57,529 nt of DNA from contig CAZUIL010000004.1 in NCBI GenBank assembly GCA_964620175.1, positions 1 to 57,529 of the forward strand. The letters are read 5' to 3'. The DNA comes from an uncultured Candidatus Saccharibacteria bacterium (GTDB taxonomy: Bacteria; Patescibacteriota; Saccharimonadia; Saccharimonadales; CAYZZS01). Both the position numbers and the translations under genes were made by a program. Below, piece by piece: positions 1-8,356 of the stretch; within the stretch, counting starts at the first letter, position 1; every line of letters starts with the position of its first letter. The notes below the pieces were generated by a model, which was given only the letters and a program-made list of their open reading frames with translations, searched no databases and was not told where the DNA came from.

Positions 1-111
1 ACAATTGATTTTGAAACGCTTGAAAACAATACGGTTACGGTACGTAATCGCGATACCACCGAGCAGGAACGTATAGCAATTAACTCGCTGGCTTCCAAGC
101 TTGCTACGTAG
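1..111 (+). CDS. glyQS: glycine--tRNA ligase, C-terminal fragment (gene begins upstream of the window)
   Basis: Frame 1 is open from nt 1 to TAG at 109-111 and reads TIDFETLENNTVTVRNRDTTEQERIAINSLASKLAT*. The ..D.TVT.R.RD..EQ.R.. tail is typical of the class II anticodon-binding domain of dimeric GlyRS. It is absent from the ORF track because no start codon lies inside the window. Confidence 0.6.
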   Translation, partial: TIDFETLENNTVTVRNRDTTEQERIAINSLASKLAT

Positions 112-1319
112 ACAGCAGCTGGTACAGCACGATGCTAATGGAGCTGAGGGCGCCGAGGGCTGGGAGCGCGATCGGCACCTGGACGGTACCCTTGGCTGCA
201 CGACTGCGAGCCTTCACAACCAAAAGCGAAATATTAACGAGGCAAAATATCAATAACACGAGGTAGCTCGTAGCTTTTGCAAGGGACACCAAGGGCAACA
301 TGGCTGTGCCGATTACCATGAGCATACCAACGAAAAGTGTTGCGACGACAGGAGTTCGCCGCGTAGCATGGACGCTGGCGAAATGACGATGCATCCAACC
401 CTGGCCAGCCATGCCATAAAGCATCCGCGAACCCATAATGATCTGGACGATGATGCCGTTGAAAGCGGCAGCCATACCAACGAAACTGATCGTTCTTGGG
501 TCTATCGAGCTGACGCGTTCGAGCACCAGGCTGAGCGGCGCACTACTTTTAGCCAATTCTTCCGGTACAACCGCTGCGACTGCAACCAGTACGACGAGGA
601 TGTACAAAACCGTCGCTACGGCGAGCGAGCTGAAAATAGCAATCGGCATTGCCCGGCGCGGGTTTTTTGACTTCCTCTGCTACGTTTACCATGTCCTCAA
701 AGCCGATAAACGCGTAAAACGCCAAAAAGGCTCCGGCAAGGATTCCGCCCAGGCCGATGTGCGGCTGAATCGAAAGAATTTCACCCACGGTAGTATTGCC
801 AAGTGATGAGCGGCCCAGCCAGATAATGGCAATAAGTCCCGCAGCTTCAATAATAGTAAAGGCAGCTGCTAGCTTGGCGGATTCGCCGATGCCCATCGTG
901 GCGATAATTGTCAGGAAGACAAGTATCGCGATACTGGCGGGCAAGCTTGGCACGTTGACGATTGCATTGAGGTAGCCGGCAAATCCTTGCGACAATGCCG
1001 CCGCGGAAGTAATACCGGCCAGGATCATTGACAAGCCGACAAACAGGGAAAGCCAGCGGCTTTTGAGTGCCTGGAAAGCGTACACCGCCGAGCCGGCGCT
1101 TTTGGGGAAGCGGCTGGAAAGCTCCATATAAGAGCTTGCGGTCAGCGCGGCGATAACCATGGCGAAAATGAATGCTAGCGGCGCGTGAATGCCTGCCGCA
1201 CCGGCTACTTCACCAACCAGCACATATATTCCGGCGCCAAGGATATTGCCCAAGCCAAAGAGGGTAAGGAGCGGAGTAGATAACGAGCGTTTTAGTTTTG
1301 GTGCCACCATTGCGGTCAA
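104..1319 (-). pseudogene. APC-family amino acid permease interrupted by a +1 frameshift in a homopolymer
   Basis: ORFs 549..1319 and 104..649 are the N- and C-terminal halves of one multi-TM APC permease. The minus strand reads GAA GTC AAA AAA CCC (EEVKKP..). Removing one A from the A6 run (plus-strand T6 at 663-668) gives EEVKNPRRAMPIAIF, restoring the conserved APC EEvKNP.r..P.ai motif in frame with the downstream ORF. Confidence 0.8.
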
Positions 1320-1415
1320 TTATAGCGTATTGGCAATGACTGCATATAAGCATGCGCAAACAAGCTACCTCTGAACTATTCGCAAATTAAGCGAGCACGT
1401 TGTATAACAATAGGT

Positions 1416-2168
1416 ATGCACGAATGTCTTGATGAAAGCTGGCTTCGTCCGATAACTGAGCAGGAGGCGTTGAGTTTTGTGAACCAGGTGCTGGCTAGAG
1501 CTACGATTCGCAGTGCAGGAGGCTTGCAGGATTGGTGGAGCGTGCGCGCTCAAGAAGATGTAATGCTCAATGATAATGTAATAAGCGTGGCAATATTTCG
1601 CGCTGCCCGTTACGTGGATGAGGACCAGGACTCTGGTGCGATTGAAGGAAGCGAAGTGTTTCGATACGGCTTTGAAACACGAAGCATCGAAGCAGTCAGC
1701 ACCGATCTGGCGTCCGACAACGGCTGGAGCATTATGGGTCTTAAGCGGGTGATTGATGAAGCGTTAAACGAGGCGGTTGACGAAGGTGATTCACCAGTTA
1801 TTCTTGATGAAGCGCTGTATGACCCCGAAAATCAGGACATTTTAAAGCACAGCGTTCCGCAGTGTAACTATTTATTTACCGTCCAGCCCGCCAAACGTGC
1901 CTGCAGTTTTATGAAAGTCTATTCGGTTACAAACCTAGATGGAGACCTTGATCCAATTGGAGAAGTCTTGGGCTATGCTCCGAACCTGTTTAACGTTTTT
2001 AACATTACTTCCCAGGGCAGTGCTGAACGGATGGCCGGTCACTTCGATATGTTTGAAATGGAAGAGCCGTTATCGTCAATTACAAAAAACGATTTGTTGC
2101 TTATATTCAATGGCTTAAAGGCAATGCGATTGGTAACCCGAAAACCGAAAATGCTTACCCAAACTTAA
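1416..2168 (+). CDS. hypothetical acidic protein
   Basis: 250-aa ORF and first gene of a co-directional run. I recognise no family motif. Confidence 0.55.
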   Translation: MHECLDESWLRPITEQEALSFVNQVLARATIRSAGGLQDWWSVRAQEDVMLNDNVISVAIFRAARYVDEDQDSGAIEGSEVFRYGFETRSIEAVSTDLASDNGWSIMGLKRVIDEALNEAVDEGDSPVILDEALYDPENQDILKHSVPQCNYLFTVQPAKRACSFMKVYSVTNLDGDLDPIGEVLGYAPNLFNVFNITSQGSAERMAGHFDMFEMEEPLSSITKNDLLLIFNGLKAMRLVTRKPKMLTQT

Positions 2169-2236
2169 GTGCACGCGCTGCTGCGTAAAACTGCTTGCGC
2201 TTGCAGTTTTGTGCCAAAGGATTATTCTAGCTGTAT

Positions 2237-2653
2237 ATGGCATTTCTGGAGAGCGGCATTTTTTGCAGTTATGAGGAATATAAGCAAGGTTTTGATCGTC
2301 ACGTTGATGGTTCAGAACTGCAAGAGGATAGCTTTTATACGATTGCGATGTTGCTGGACAGCGAAAAATGGGACGCATCCAAGCAAGCTGCCCGGGTAAT
2401 TCAGGCTGCGAAGGGTGCCGGTTTTTACGCGGTTAAACATGTTTTTGTCGATAAGGATTTGAACGATATGGAAAATACCACTTGCATTGTAAAAGTTGAG
2501 CAGGGAACAATTAGGCGCATGCCGAAGGTAAAGATTAAAGATCTGCGGACGGATGAACTGTTTTCTATCAGGGAAGCGTACTACCTGGACTATTTTGACG
2601 AGCAGTTTGGCGGATTACTAAGGCAAGGCCAATCATTAGAAGTGCGAAAGTAG
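2237..2653 (+). CDS. hypothetical protein
   Basis: 138-aa ORF, followed 3 nt later by the next ORF, which is an operon-like arrangement. Confidence 0.55.
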   Translation: MAFLESGIFCSYEEYKQGFDRHVDGSELQEDSFYTIAMLLDSEKWDASKQAARVIQAAKGAGFYAVKHVFVDKDLNDMENTTCIVKVEQGTIRRMPKVKIKDLRTDELFSIREAYYLDYFDEQFGGLLRQGQSLEVRK

Positions 2654-2656
2654 CAA

Positions 2657-3007
2657 ATGAGTGAATTTTTAGACACTGAGCCGCAACCGAAAAGCATGTT
2701 CGAATCGAGGGCTGTATTGCGTGCTGTTCGTGAAGGTGCAGATTACGATTGCGCCGCAGAGCACGACAACAATCTGGAAAGACATATACGATATGCTCCG
2801 ACTAGCAAGTCGCGCAAGCTGGGTCGAGGCGTAGTCGTGATATGCAATGTCTATGTTGATGAAGTATGGCAACGCACTGAGCACTATCATCCACATTGCT
2901 ACAATGCGGCCGGTAAACCATATGGCGAGATATTGAAAAAGCTGCCGGTAGCACCGGAACCCCAGGGTGTGTTTGCGGCTCAGCTTCTCGAAGACGAAGA
3001 GTGGTAA
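2657..3007 (+). CDS. hypothetical small Cys/His-containing protein
   Basis: 116-aa ORF with DYDC...VVIC...HYHPHCY, a possible metal-binding cluster. It is tightly packed between neighbouring ORFs. Confidence 0.5.
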   Translation: MSEFLDTEPQPKSMFESRAVLRAVREGADYDCAAEHDNNLERHIRYAPTSKSRKLGRGVVVICNVYVDEVWQRTEHYHPHCYNAAGKPYGEILKKLPVAPEPQGVFAAQLLEDEEW

Positions 3008-3017
3008 AATAGACATA

Positions 3018-3764
3018 ATGGCATTGGAGCGACTGCATACGGGGGTTGAACTTGAGGCTAGGGCGGCGGGCATGCCGGACTGGCGGTTCGAGCCGGAATT
3101 TGACGGACTGGAGCCTAAAGAACACTGGCAGCTCTCTGATGGTGAGCACAGCATTGATGTACTGAATTATTGCGATGAAGTGGCAGTATCAGAGGCTCAG
3201 CTAGAGCTTATTACCTTTGCGCTTGCCGATTACCAGTATCATTTTCCCGAAGCAGTGACGAAAATTAACGCCATAACTGTCTCTGATAGGCTACCAAAAT
3301 CCAGCTACGGCAACGAAGCTAAGTTTCCAAAATTGGCTGATTCGTTTATCGACCAAGGGATGATTGCCTTGACGCCGCACGCCATTAACGCAGCCGAATA
3401 CCATAACGGTCAGCTCAAGATCAGCGAGCCGCTTGTAGCAACAATCGCCCATGAATTGACACATTTTGTAACCGATGAATTTGAAGAAGATTGGAAAAGT
3501 CGTGCCGGGACAAAATGGGAGTACTTACAAGATGAAAATGGTGTACGGGAGCTGGTGCCGGTTGTTGGTGGCGAACGTTGTGTAACCGATTATGCCAGGA
3601 AAAGTCCTGAAGAAGACATCTGCGAATCAGTCGTAGCCTTCATGTACGATCCAGAGTCACTTCGAAAGACATCAAATGTCAAGTTCAAAATCGTGCAGAA
3701 GGTGTTTGAACGGCATATCGATAAATTGCGTCCATGGTCCATAGTAGAGACTGCTGAAGACTAG
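3018..3764 (+). CDS. putative zinc metallopeptidase (HExxH protein)
   Basis: ATG at 3018 lies 10 nt after the previous stop. The protein contains IAHELTHF (HExxH) followed about 50 aa later by the acidic stretch SPEEDICES, which could supply a third ligand. No signal peptide is evident. Confidence 0.5.
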   Translation: MALERLHTGVELEARAAGMPDWRFEPEFDGLEPKEHWQLSDGEHSIDVLNYCDEVAVSEAQLELITFALADYQYHFPEAVTKINAITVSDRLPKSSYGNEAKFPKLADSFIDQGMIALTPHAINAAEYHNGQLKISEPLVATIAHELTHFVTDEFEEDWKSRAGTKWEYLQDENGVRELVPVVGGERCVTDYARKSPEEDICESVVAFMYDPESLRKTSNVKFKIVQKVFERHIDKLRPWSIVETAED

Positions 3765-3822
3765 CTGGCCTTGATTAAGTAATAATAAAAGTGTATAATA
3801 AACTTTTTAGGAGTTGATGAGC

Positions 3823-4338
3823 ATGAGCAGAGAAAAAGTTGTAGCTAACGCAATCCTTGCCGGCGCCATGATGTTTGGCGGTTATAAGGCAGGGGAGTTG
3901 CGTAATGACACGCCAAACCAAGACGTGCTGCATGCCGGCCAGGCCTATGAAGAAGAGGCAGCCCGGTTTGACAGCTTAGGCGGCGCTGAAAGCTGCGGCA
4001 GCATCGCGCTTTCCGCATTGCGTGCGGACAGCTCTGAGGCGCTCGGCGATATTGATAGGCTTGAGATTGTACTGAACGAGACATGCGGAGACGTGGGCGG
4101 CACCAACCGATCGCTCGCGGCGTCCGCCAGGGTGCAATACCAAAAAGTGGCTGAGGCCCAGCAGCGCATTGAGGACGTGAATGATGCAGCGCACTACAGC
4201 TTGGCCGAGAAGGGCCAGTATATAACCCTTGGCGCTTTGTTCTTCGGTTCGATTGCCACGGCCCGACAAGCAGCGAAGCGTCTCATGGTTAACAACCATT
4301 CAATTCGGGCACAAGAGTCACACCGCTACAAAGATTAG
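3823..4338 (+). CDS. hypothetical membrane protein (N- and C-terminal hydrophobic segments)
   Basis: AGGAG at 3809-3813 favours the ATG at 3823 over the ORF-track start at 3814. A TATAAT-like box lies upstream (GTGTATAAT). Confidence 0.55.
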   Translation: MSREKVVANAILAGAMMFGGYKAGELRNDTPNQDVLHAGQAYEEEAARFDSLGGAESCGSIALSALRADSSEALGDIDRLEIVLNETCGDVGGTNRSLAASARVQYQKVAEAQQRIEDVNDAAHYSLAEKGQYITLGALFFGSIATARQAAKRLMVNNHSIRAQESHRYKD

Positions 4339-4357
4339 TTACCGCGAGGTGTTTGCT

Positions 4358-4852
4358 ATGAGTGAAACGGTTCCATATTTTGATGAAAAGACCTCAGTCC
4401 CCAGCTACCGGCCTCTAGACGTTGAATCTATCCGCCGGGATTTCGAGGGGGCAAGAATGTATGCTGCTGATATTGGCAAAGCTGCAGTGAGCGACGATTT
4501 TAAAATGAATTCCATTACAGGGCTCTTCGAACAATACCCAAATGCCCTTATGAAAGAACTGGCCCTTACGCCCGGCGAGTCGTTGCTTCGGCTGGTGGTA
4601 GCATTGCCTCCGCGCAGCGCCGACGCGCATGCCGAAGACGACGTCAGCACCGAATATTTAACCCTAAATACTATTAGTGTTGAGCCAGTCCGCTACTTTG
4701 ATATGGCAACGGAGGGCTCATCGGTGGATTATGACGTACTAGTTACAGGCATTGCGCGAGACGAACAGGCCGGTACAGCGGCGGCAAGCGTGAAAAAGTT
4801 CTTGTTAAGCACGATTCGTGAAATTTCTGTGCTTGACGTCAGTGGCAATTAA
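4358..4852 (+). CDS. hypothetical protein
   Basis: Internal ATG at 4358 is preceded by GAGGTG at 7-nt spacing. The ORF-track start at 4229 would overlap the upstream gene by about 110 nt. Confidence 0.55.
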   Translation: MSETVPYFDEKTSVPSYRPLDVESIRRDFEGARMYAADIGKAAVSDDFKMNSITGLFEQYPNALMKELALTPGESLLRLVVALPPRSADAHAEDDVSTEYLTLNTISVEPVRYFDMATEGSSVDYDVLVTGIARDEQAGTAAASVKKFLLSTIREISVLDVSGN

Positions 4853-4946
4853 CCCTCTTGAGAGGCTCAGCCCAAAGATAGCTTGTCCGTACACAGACCC
4901 AAAGGGACTAAGAAAACTTGATTAATTAATAGAATTATGATAATAT

Positions 4947-5375
4947 ATGTTTATTATGCAGGAAAAACAAACATCACAACCTGAAATGGCTGAGCTGCGG
5001 CGATGGGAACGATTCGCTGCAGGCGGCGCGCTTGACGACCATCGTTTGCACGACCAGGTTGTCCTTGGCCTTTCTGAGCGGGAAATGATGGACAAGGACT
5101 ATACCTATGACCAGTTGTCACGCCTGCGTGAAAGGCAGGTGCGCACCGGCCTAAGGGCGGGCAGATTAGCCATAGGCAAGTTAGCCACCGGTATTACGAA
5201 TGTGCTCAGCAGGGAAGAGCCGCGGCCTGACCGGGGTTGGGAGGCCCAGAATACGGGTGCGCCAATCGCGGATCAGCTCGCGCACGAAGCGAACATATAC
5301 CTAATGGACCGGGAAGGCACACCGGATCAAAAGACCCAGCCGGATGCCACAGAAGCCACCAAGCGCATGGTATGA
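4947..5375 (+). CDS. hypothetical protein
   Basis: 142-aa ORF with an AT-rich promoter-like sequence (TTGATT ... TGATAATAT) directly upstream. The start is uncertain (ATG at 4947 or 4956). Confidence 0.5.
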   Translation: MFIMQEKQTSQPEMAELRRWERFAAGGALDDHRLHDQVVLGLSEREMMDKDYTYDQLSRLRERQVRTGLRAGRLAIGKLATGITNVLSREEPRPDRGWEAQNTGAPIADQLAHEANIYLMDREGTPDQKTQPDATEATKRMV

Positions 5376-5385
5376 TTAGTAGGAG

Positions 5386-5985
5386 ATGAGACGGCCAAAA
5401 GCGCAACCACCGCAAAAAAAGCCGCGGGTGTACGTATTTGTTGACAGCCAGAACCTGAACCTCGGCATCCAAAAAATGGGATGGAAGCTGGACTGGTCTA
5501 AATTCCGGCATTACCTCGAGAAAAAGCACGGAGCCTCCAAGGTTTATCTGTTTATCGGGTACGTACCTGAATACGAGCCGATGTACGAACAGCTCCACGA
5601 GCAAGGCTATTTGATAGTACTGAAGCCAACGCTCGAGATGATGCAGCCCAAGAAGCCGGCGGAAGATGGCGGCAAGCCGCAAGCAGAAGAGGAGGAGCGC
5701 AAACCAGCCGTAAAAGGCAATATTGACGCTGAACTGGTGTTGTATGCCATGAAAGAAATGCCGAATTACGACAAGGCGATCATCGTTTCCGGCGATGGCG
5801 ACTTTTACTGCCTGGCGGAGTACCTGGCTAGCAAAAACCGCCTGTTGCATATCATGACGCCGAACTGGCAGTACTCCAGCCTCTTAAAGCCATACGAGCA
5901 GTACATCGTGCGGCTCGACCAAATGCGCCGACAGTTGGCGTACCGTGACCGGCCGAAACGAAGAAAATCACAGAATAGTGCTTGA
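5386..5985 (+). CDS. NYN/LabA-like domain protein (predicted RNase fold) with basic C-terminal tail
   Basis: VYVFVDSQNLNLG near the N-terminus and GNIDAELVLYAM...AIIVSGDGDFYCLAEYL match the NYN (LabA/DUF88) acidic-residue pattern. An internal K/E-rich insert is present. Confidence 0.65.
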   Translation: MRRPKAQPPQKKPRVYVFVDSQNLNLGIQKMGWKLDWSKFRHYLEKKHGASKVYLFIGYVPEYEPMYEQLHEQGYLIVLKPTLEMMQPKKPAEDGGKPQAEEEERKPAVKGNIDAELVLYAMKEMPNYDKAIIVSGDGDFYCLAEYLASKNRLLHIMTPNWQYSSLLKPYEQYIVRLDQMRRQLAYRDRPKRRKSQNSA

Positions 5986-6032
5986 CCCGGAACTGCTAAA
6001 CCGTATAGTACAAAGCATAAGAGGGAAGAACT

Positions 6033-6662
6033 ATGGGTGCGAAGCTGATAAAAAAAGTAAGATCTGGAAAACTATCGAGGCTGCCAAGGCAGACAGCCAT
6101 CCTGCTGCTCATTGGGCTGCTTGGTTTGGCTGGCAGCCTCGTGCTGCTGTACGCCAGCACAAAATCAGGCCGTAGTGCCCCCGGAGAGTGGGGTGTTTCC
6201 TCCAAGGGCGTTACCGTGGAGGCGGCGCAGGCTTCTTCGAACGTCACGACCGTACGGGATGATGCCCTTGAGCGGGGAAGGAACATGGTGTGGTCAGTCA
6301 GCGACAGCGCAAACAGTCCGGCCGCCGCGGCTACGGTAGAGACGGAGCTGCGCCTGGCCGGGGAAAACAACACCGCTTACAATGGCGTACAAATTTGCGC
6401 ACATGCCAAAGACGTGTCCGGTATCCTGGCCGTCACTTTAGAAAAAGCGGATGAAACCGCACTCCCAGAACTTCGTACCGCTGACTACTTGAGCGGCGAC
6501 AGCGGCTATAGCACCGGCTGTGTGCAATATGACTACTCTGACGCATTCAAAGCAAAATACTTCAACGGGTCTGAACAGGCAACGGTAAAGATCGGATTTG
6601 CGCTCTCCGGCAATGACACCTCCAAGTTCAGCTTGTGGAAGCTGACGCTCGTTTACTTCTAA
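6033..6662 (+). CDS. hypothetical exported or membrane-anchored protein
   Basis: 209-aa ORF with an N-terminal hydrophobic anchor (AILLLIGLLGLAGSLVLLY) and then a beta-rich sequence. Confidence 0.55.
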   Translation: MGAKLIKKVRSGKLSRLPRQTAILLLIGLLGLAGSLVLLYASTKSGRSAPGEWGVSSKGVTVEAAQASSNVTTVRDDALERGRNMVWSVSDSANSPAAAATVETELRLAGENNTAYNGVQICAHAKDVSGILAVTLEKADETALPELRTADYLSGDSGYSTGCVQYDYSDAFKAKYFNGSEQATVKIGFALSGNDTSKFSLWKLTLVYF

Positions 6663-6737
6663 CGCTTGTACAGGCTGGACAAACAGCAATAGCTGGAGCA
6701 TAATCGCAGTATATGTAATCCAAGGAGGGTCTATTTG

Positions 6738-7157
6738 ATGGAAGTCCAAATTAACTGGGTAGCCGTGTTGTTGGCTGCCGTCGCCAGCATGGTAGTGGGG
6801 GCGGTTTGGTACGCCAAGCCGGTCTTTGGCACCATGTGGGGCAAGCTTGTAAAGCTCGACGATAAAAAAATGGGCGAAGGCGCGGTGAAAGGAATGGCTA
6901 TCGCGTTTATTGCCGCTGTCATTACTGCCTACGTGTTGGCGCACGTAGCATTCATATCAGAATACTTCTTTGGGGTATCGTTCTTCCAGTCAGCTGTCCA
7001 GACTGCCTTTTGGCTCTGGCTTGGTATTTCAGCGACAACAATTGTTACCCATAACGCGTTTGAGCAACGGCCGAGGATGCTGACGCTGCTGGCAGTTGGC
7101 TTCCAGCTAGTGAGCTTGCTGGTGATGGGCGTTGTTATCGGCTGGCTGCAGCCGTAA
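6738..7157 (+). CDS. DUF1761-family membrane protein
   Basis: MEVQINWVAVLLAAVASMVVGAVWYAKPVFG is the typical DUF1761 N-terminus, and four hydrophobic segments follow. AGGAGGG lies 8 nt upstream of the ATG at 6738. Confidence 0.6.
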   Translation: MEVQINWVAVLLAAVASMVVGAVWYAKPVFGTMWGKLVKLDDKKMGEGAVKGMAIAFIAAVITAYVLAHVAFISEYFFGVSFFQSAVQTAFWLWLGISATTIVTHNAFEQRPRMLTLLAVGFQLVSLLVMGVVIGWLQP

Positions 7158-7179
7158 ATCAGGTAAGTATCGGCAAAGT

Positions 7180-7208
7180 GGAGGCGGCTGTAACCCGCCT
7201 CCTTTTTT
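7180..7208 (+). terminator. intrinsic terminator
   Basis: GGAGGCGG (7180-7187) and CCGCCTCC (7195-7202) form an 8-bp GC-rich stem followed by T6 (7203-7208). Confidence 0.75.
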
Positions 7209-7247
7209 ATACCCGGTGGCCATAACCGCTTGTGGTATGATGCACTT

Positions 7248-7463
7248 ATGGAACCTACGAGACAACAACAGCCGGTAGCGGACAACCCTGACCATGAATT
7301 TCAGGTACACACGCCCCAAAAGAGCAGCAGGCTAGCCTTAGCAGGCATTGTACTGTTCCTTCTGTTGCTAGCAGCGGCTGCGGTGCTTATCGTCTACCAA
7401 AAGGTCAACGGCAATACCGCGCCTCAGACCCAGAACGTTCTGTTGAAGCCGGACGGGAACTGA
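7248..7463 (+). CDS. small single-pass membrane protein, hypothetical
   Basis: In-frame ATG at 7248 (the ORF-track start at 7230 is TTG). One hydrophobic helix is present (LALAGIVLFLLLLAAAAVLIVY). Confidence 0.4.
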   Translation: MEPTRQQQPVADNPDHEFQVHTPQKSSRLALAGIVLFLLLLAAAAVLIVYQKVNGNTAPQTQNVLLKPDGN

Positions 7464-7491
7464 CCGCCGCAAGGGGCTATAATAGCTTGCT

Positions 7492-8316
7492 ATGGAAAGC
7501 CATACCTTACAATCAGGCGTTTCAATGCCAGCGGTTGGCTTTGGCACCTGGAAAATCCCCGACGGGCCGGAAGCTGAGCGGGCCGTGCTGTCGGCACTGC
7601 AGGCCGGCTACCGTTTGATTGACACCGCCAAAGTTTACGGAAACGAGAAAAGCGTCGGGCGGGCGGTAGCTGAAAGCGGCATCCCACGGGACGAAATCTT
7701 TGTAACGACAAAACTTGCCAACAGTGACCAAGGGTACAAGCAAGGATTAGCGGCCTTTAAAGCATCGCTTAAGCGTCTTGGCCTGGACTACGTTGATTTA
7801 TACCTTATCCACTGGCCGGTGAGCGGCAAACGGCTAGATAGTTGGCGGGCGTTACTGGAAATCCAACAAACAGGTAAGGCAAAGGCTGTCGGAGTCAGTA
7901 ATTTTACGGTCCGGCACCTGGAGGAATTGGCACGGCACACCCAAAAGATGCCCGATGTCAACCAAATCGAACTGCACCCGTTTTTGTACGACGAGCAGGC
8001 GGCGCTGCTTGAGTACTGCAGCCAGCAAGGCATTGTCGTCGAAGCTTACAGTCCCTTGGCACACGGTTCTGCCGGGTGTCTTAACCACCCAACGGTTATG
8101 GAGATCGCCCGCAACCACGGTAAGAGCAGCGCCCAGGTTATGATTCGCTGGGCGTTGCAGCATGGAGCGGTACCGCTGCCGAAATCGGCAGACGGGTCCC
8201 GGATAAGGGAAAACATCGACGTATTTGATTTCGAGCTTTCCGCCCAGGATATGGCAAGCCTCAACGCCTTAGGCAATGGTATGCGCACCTGCTGGGATCC
8301 GAACGATATGGAGTAG
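7492..8316 (+). CDS. aldo/keto reductase (DkgA-like)
   Basis: GFGTWK...AL.AGYRLIDTAKVYGNE...IFVTTKL...IHWP...NQIELHP are the canonical AKR motifs. Confidence 0.85.
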   Translation: MESHTLQSGVSMPAVGFGTWKIPDGPEAERAVLSALQAGYRLIDTAKVYGNEKSVGRAVAESGIPRDEIFVTTKLANSDQGYKQGLAAFKASLKRLGLDYVDLYLIHWPVSGKRLDSWRALLEIQQTGKAKAVGVSNFTVRHLEELARHTQKMPDVNQIELHPFLYDEQAALLEYCSQQGIVVEAYSPLAHGSAGCLNHPTVMEIARNHGKSSAQVMIRWALQHGAVPLPKSADGSRIRENIDVFDFELSAQDMASLNALGNGMRTCWDPNDME

Positions 8317-8356
8317 CGGCCGTATTTTACGCATCCGGCCATGTATAATACGAGCA

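Noticed and set aside
549-1319. Treating 549..1319 and 104..649 as two separate overlapping genes
   Set aside because: They are collinear halves of one APC permease. The C-terminal ~25 aa of the upstream ORF (PAPGNADCYFQLARRSDG...) are out-of-frame read-through after the A6 run.
5206-5850. 214-aa minus-strand ORF
   Set aside because: It is antisense to the NYN-domain gene and the preceding ORF. Its sequence is Leu/Arg/Phe-rich and non-domain-like, and it has no SD context.
6033-6662. The C-terminal ..LTLVYF ending as an outer-membrane beta-barrel signal
   Set aside because: A single terminal Phe is weak evidence. The rest of the window (sortase, LysM, no Bam/Lpt/Lol genes) suggests a monoderm envelope.
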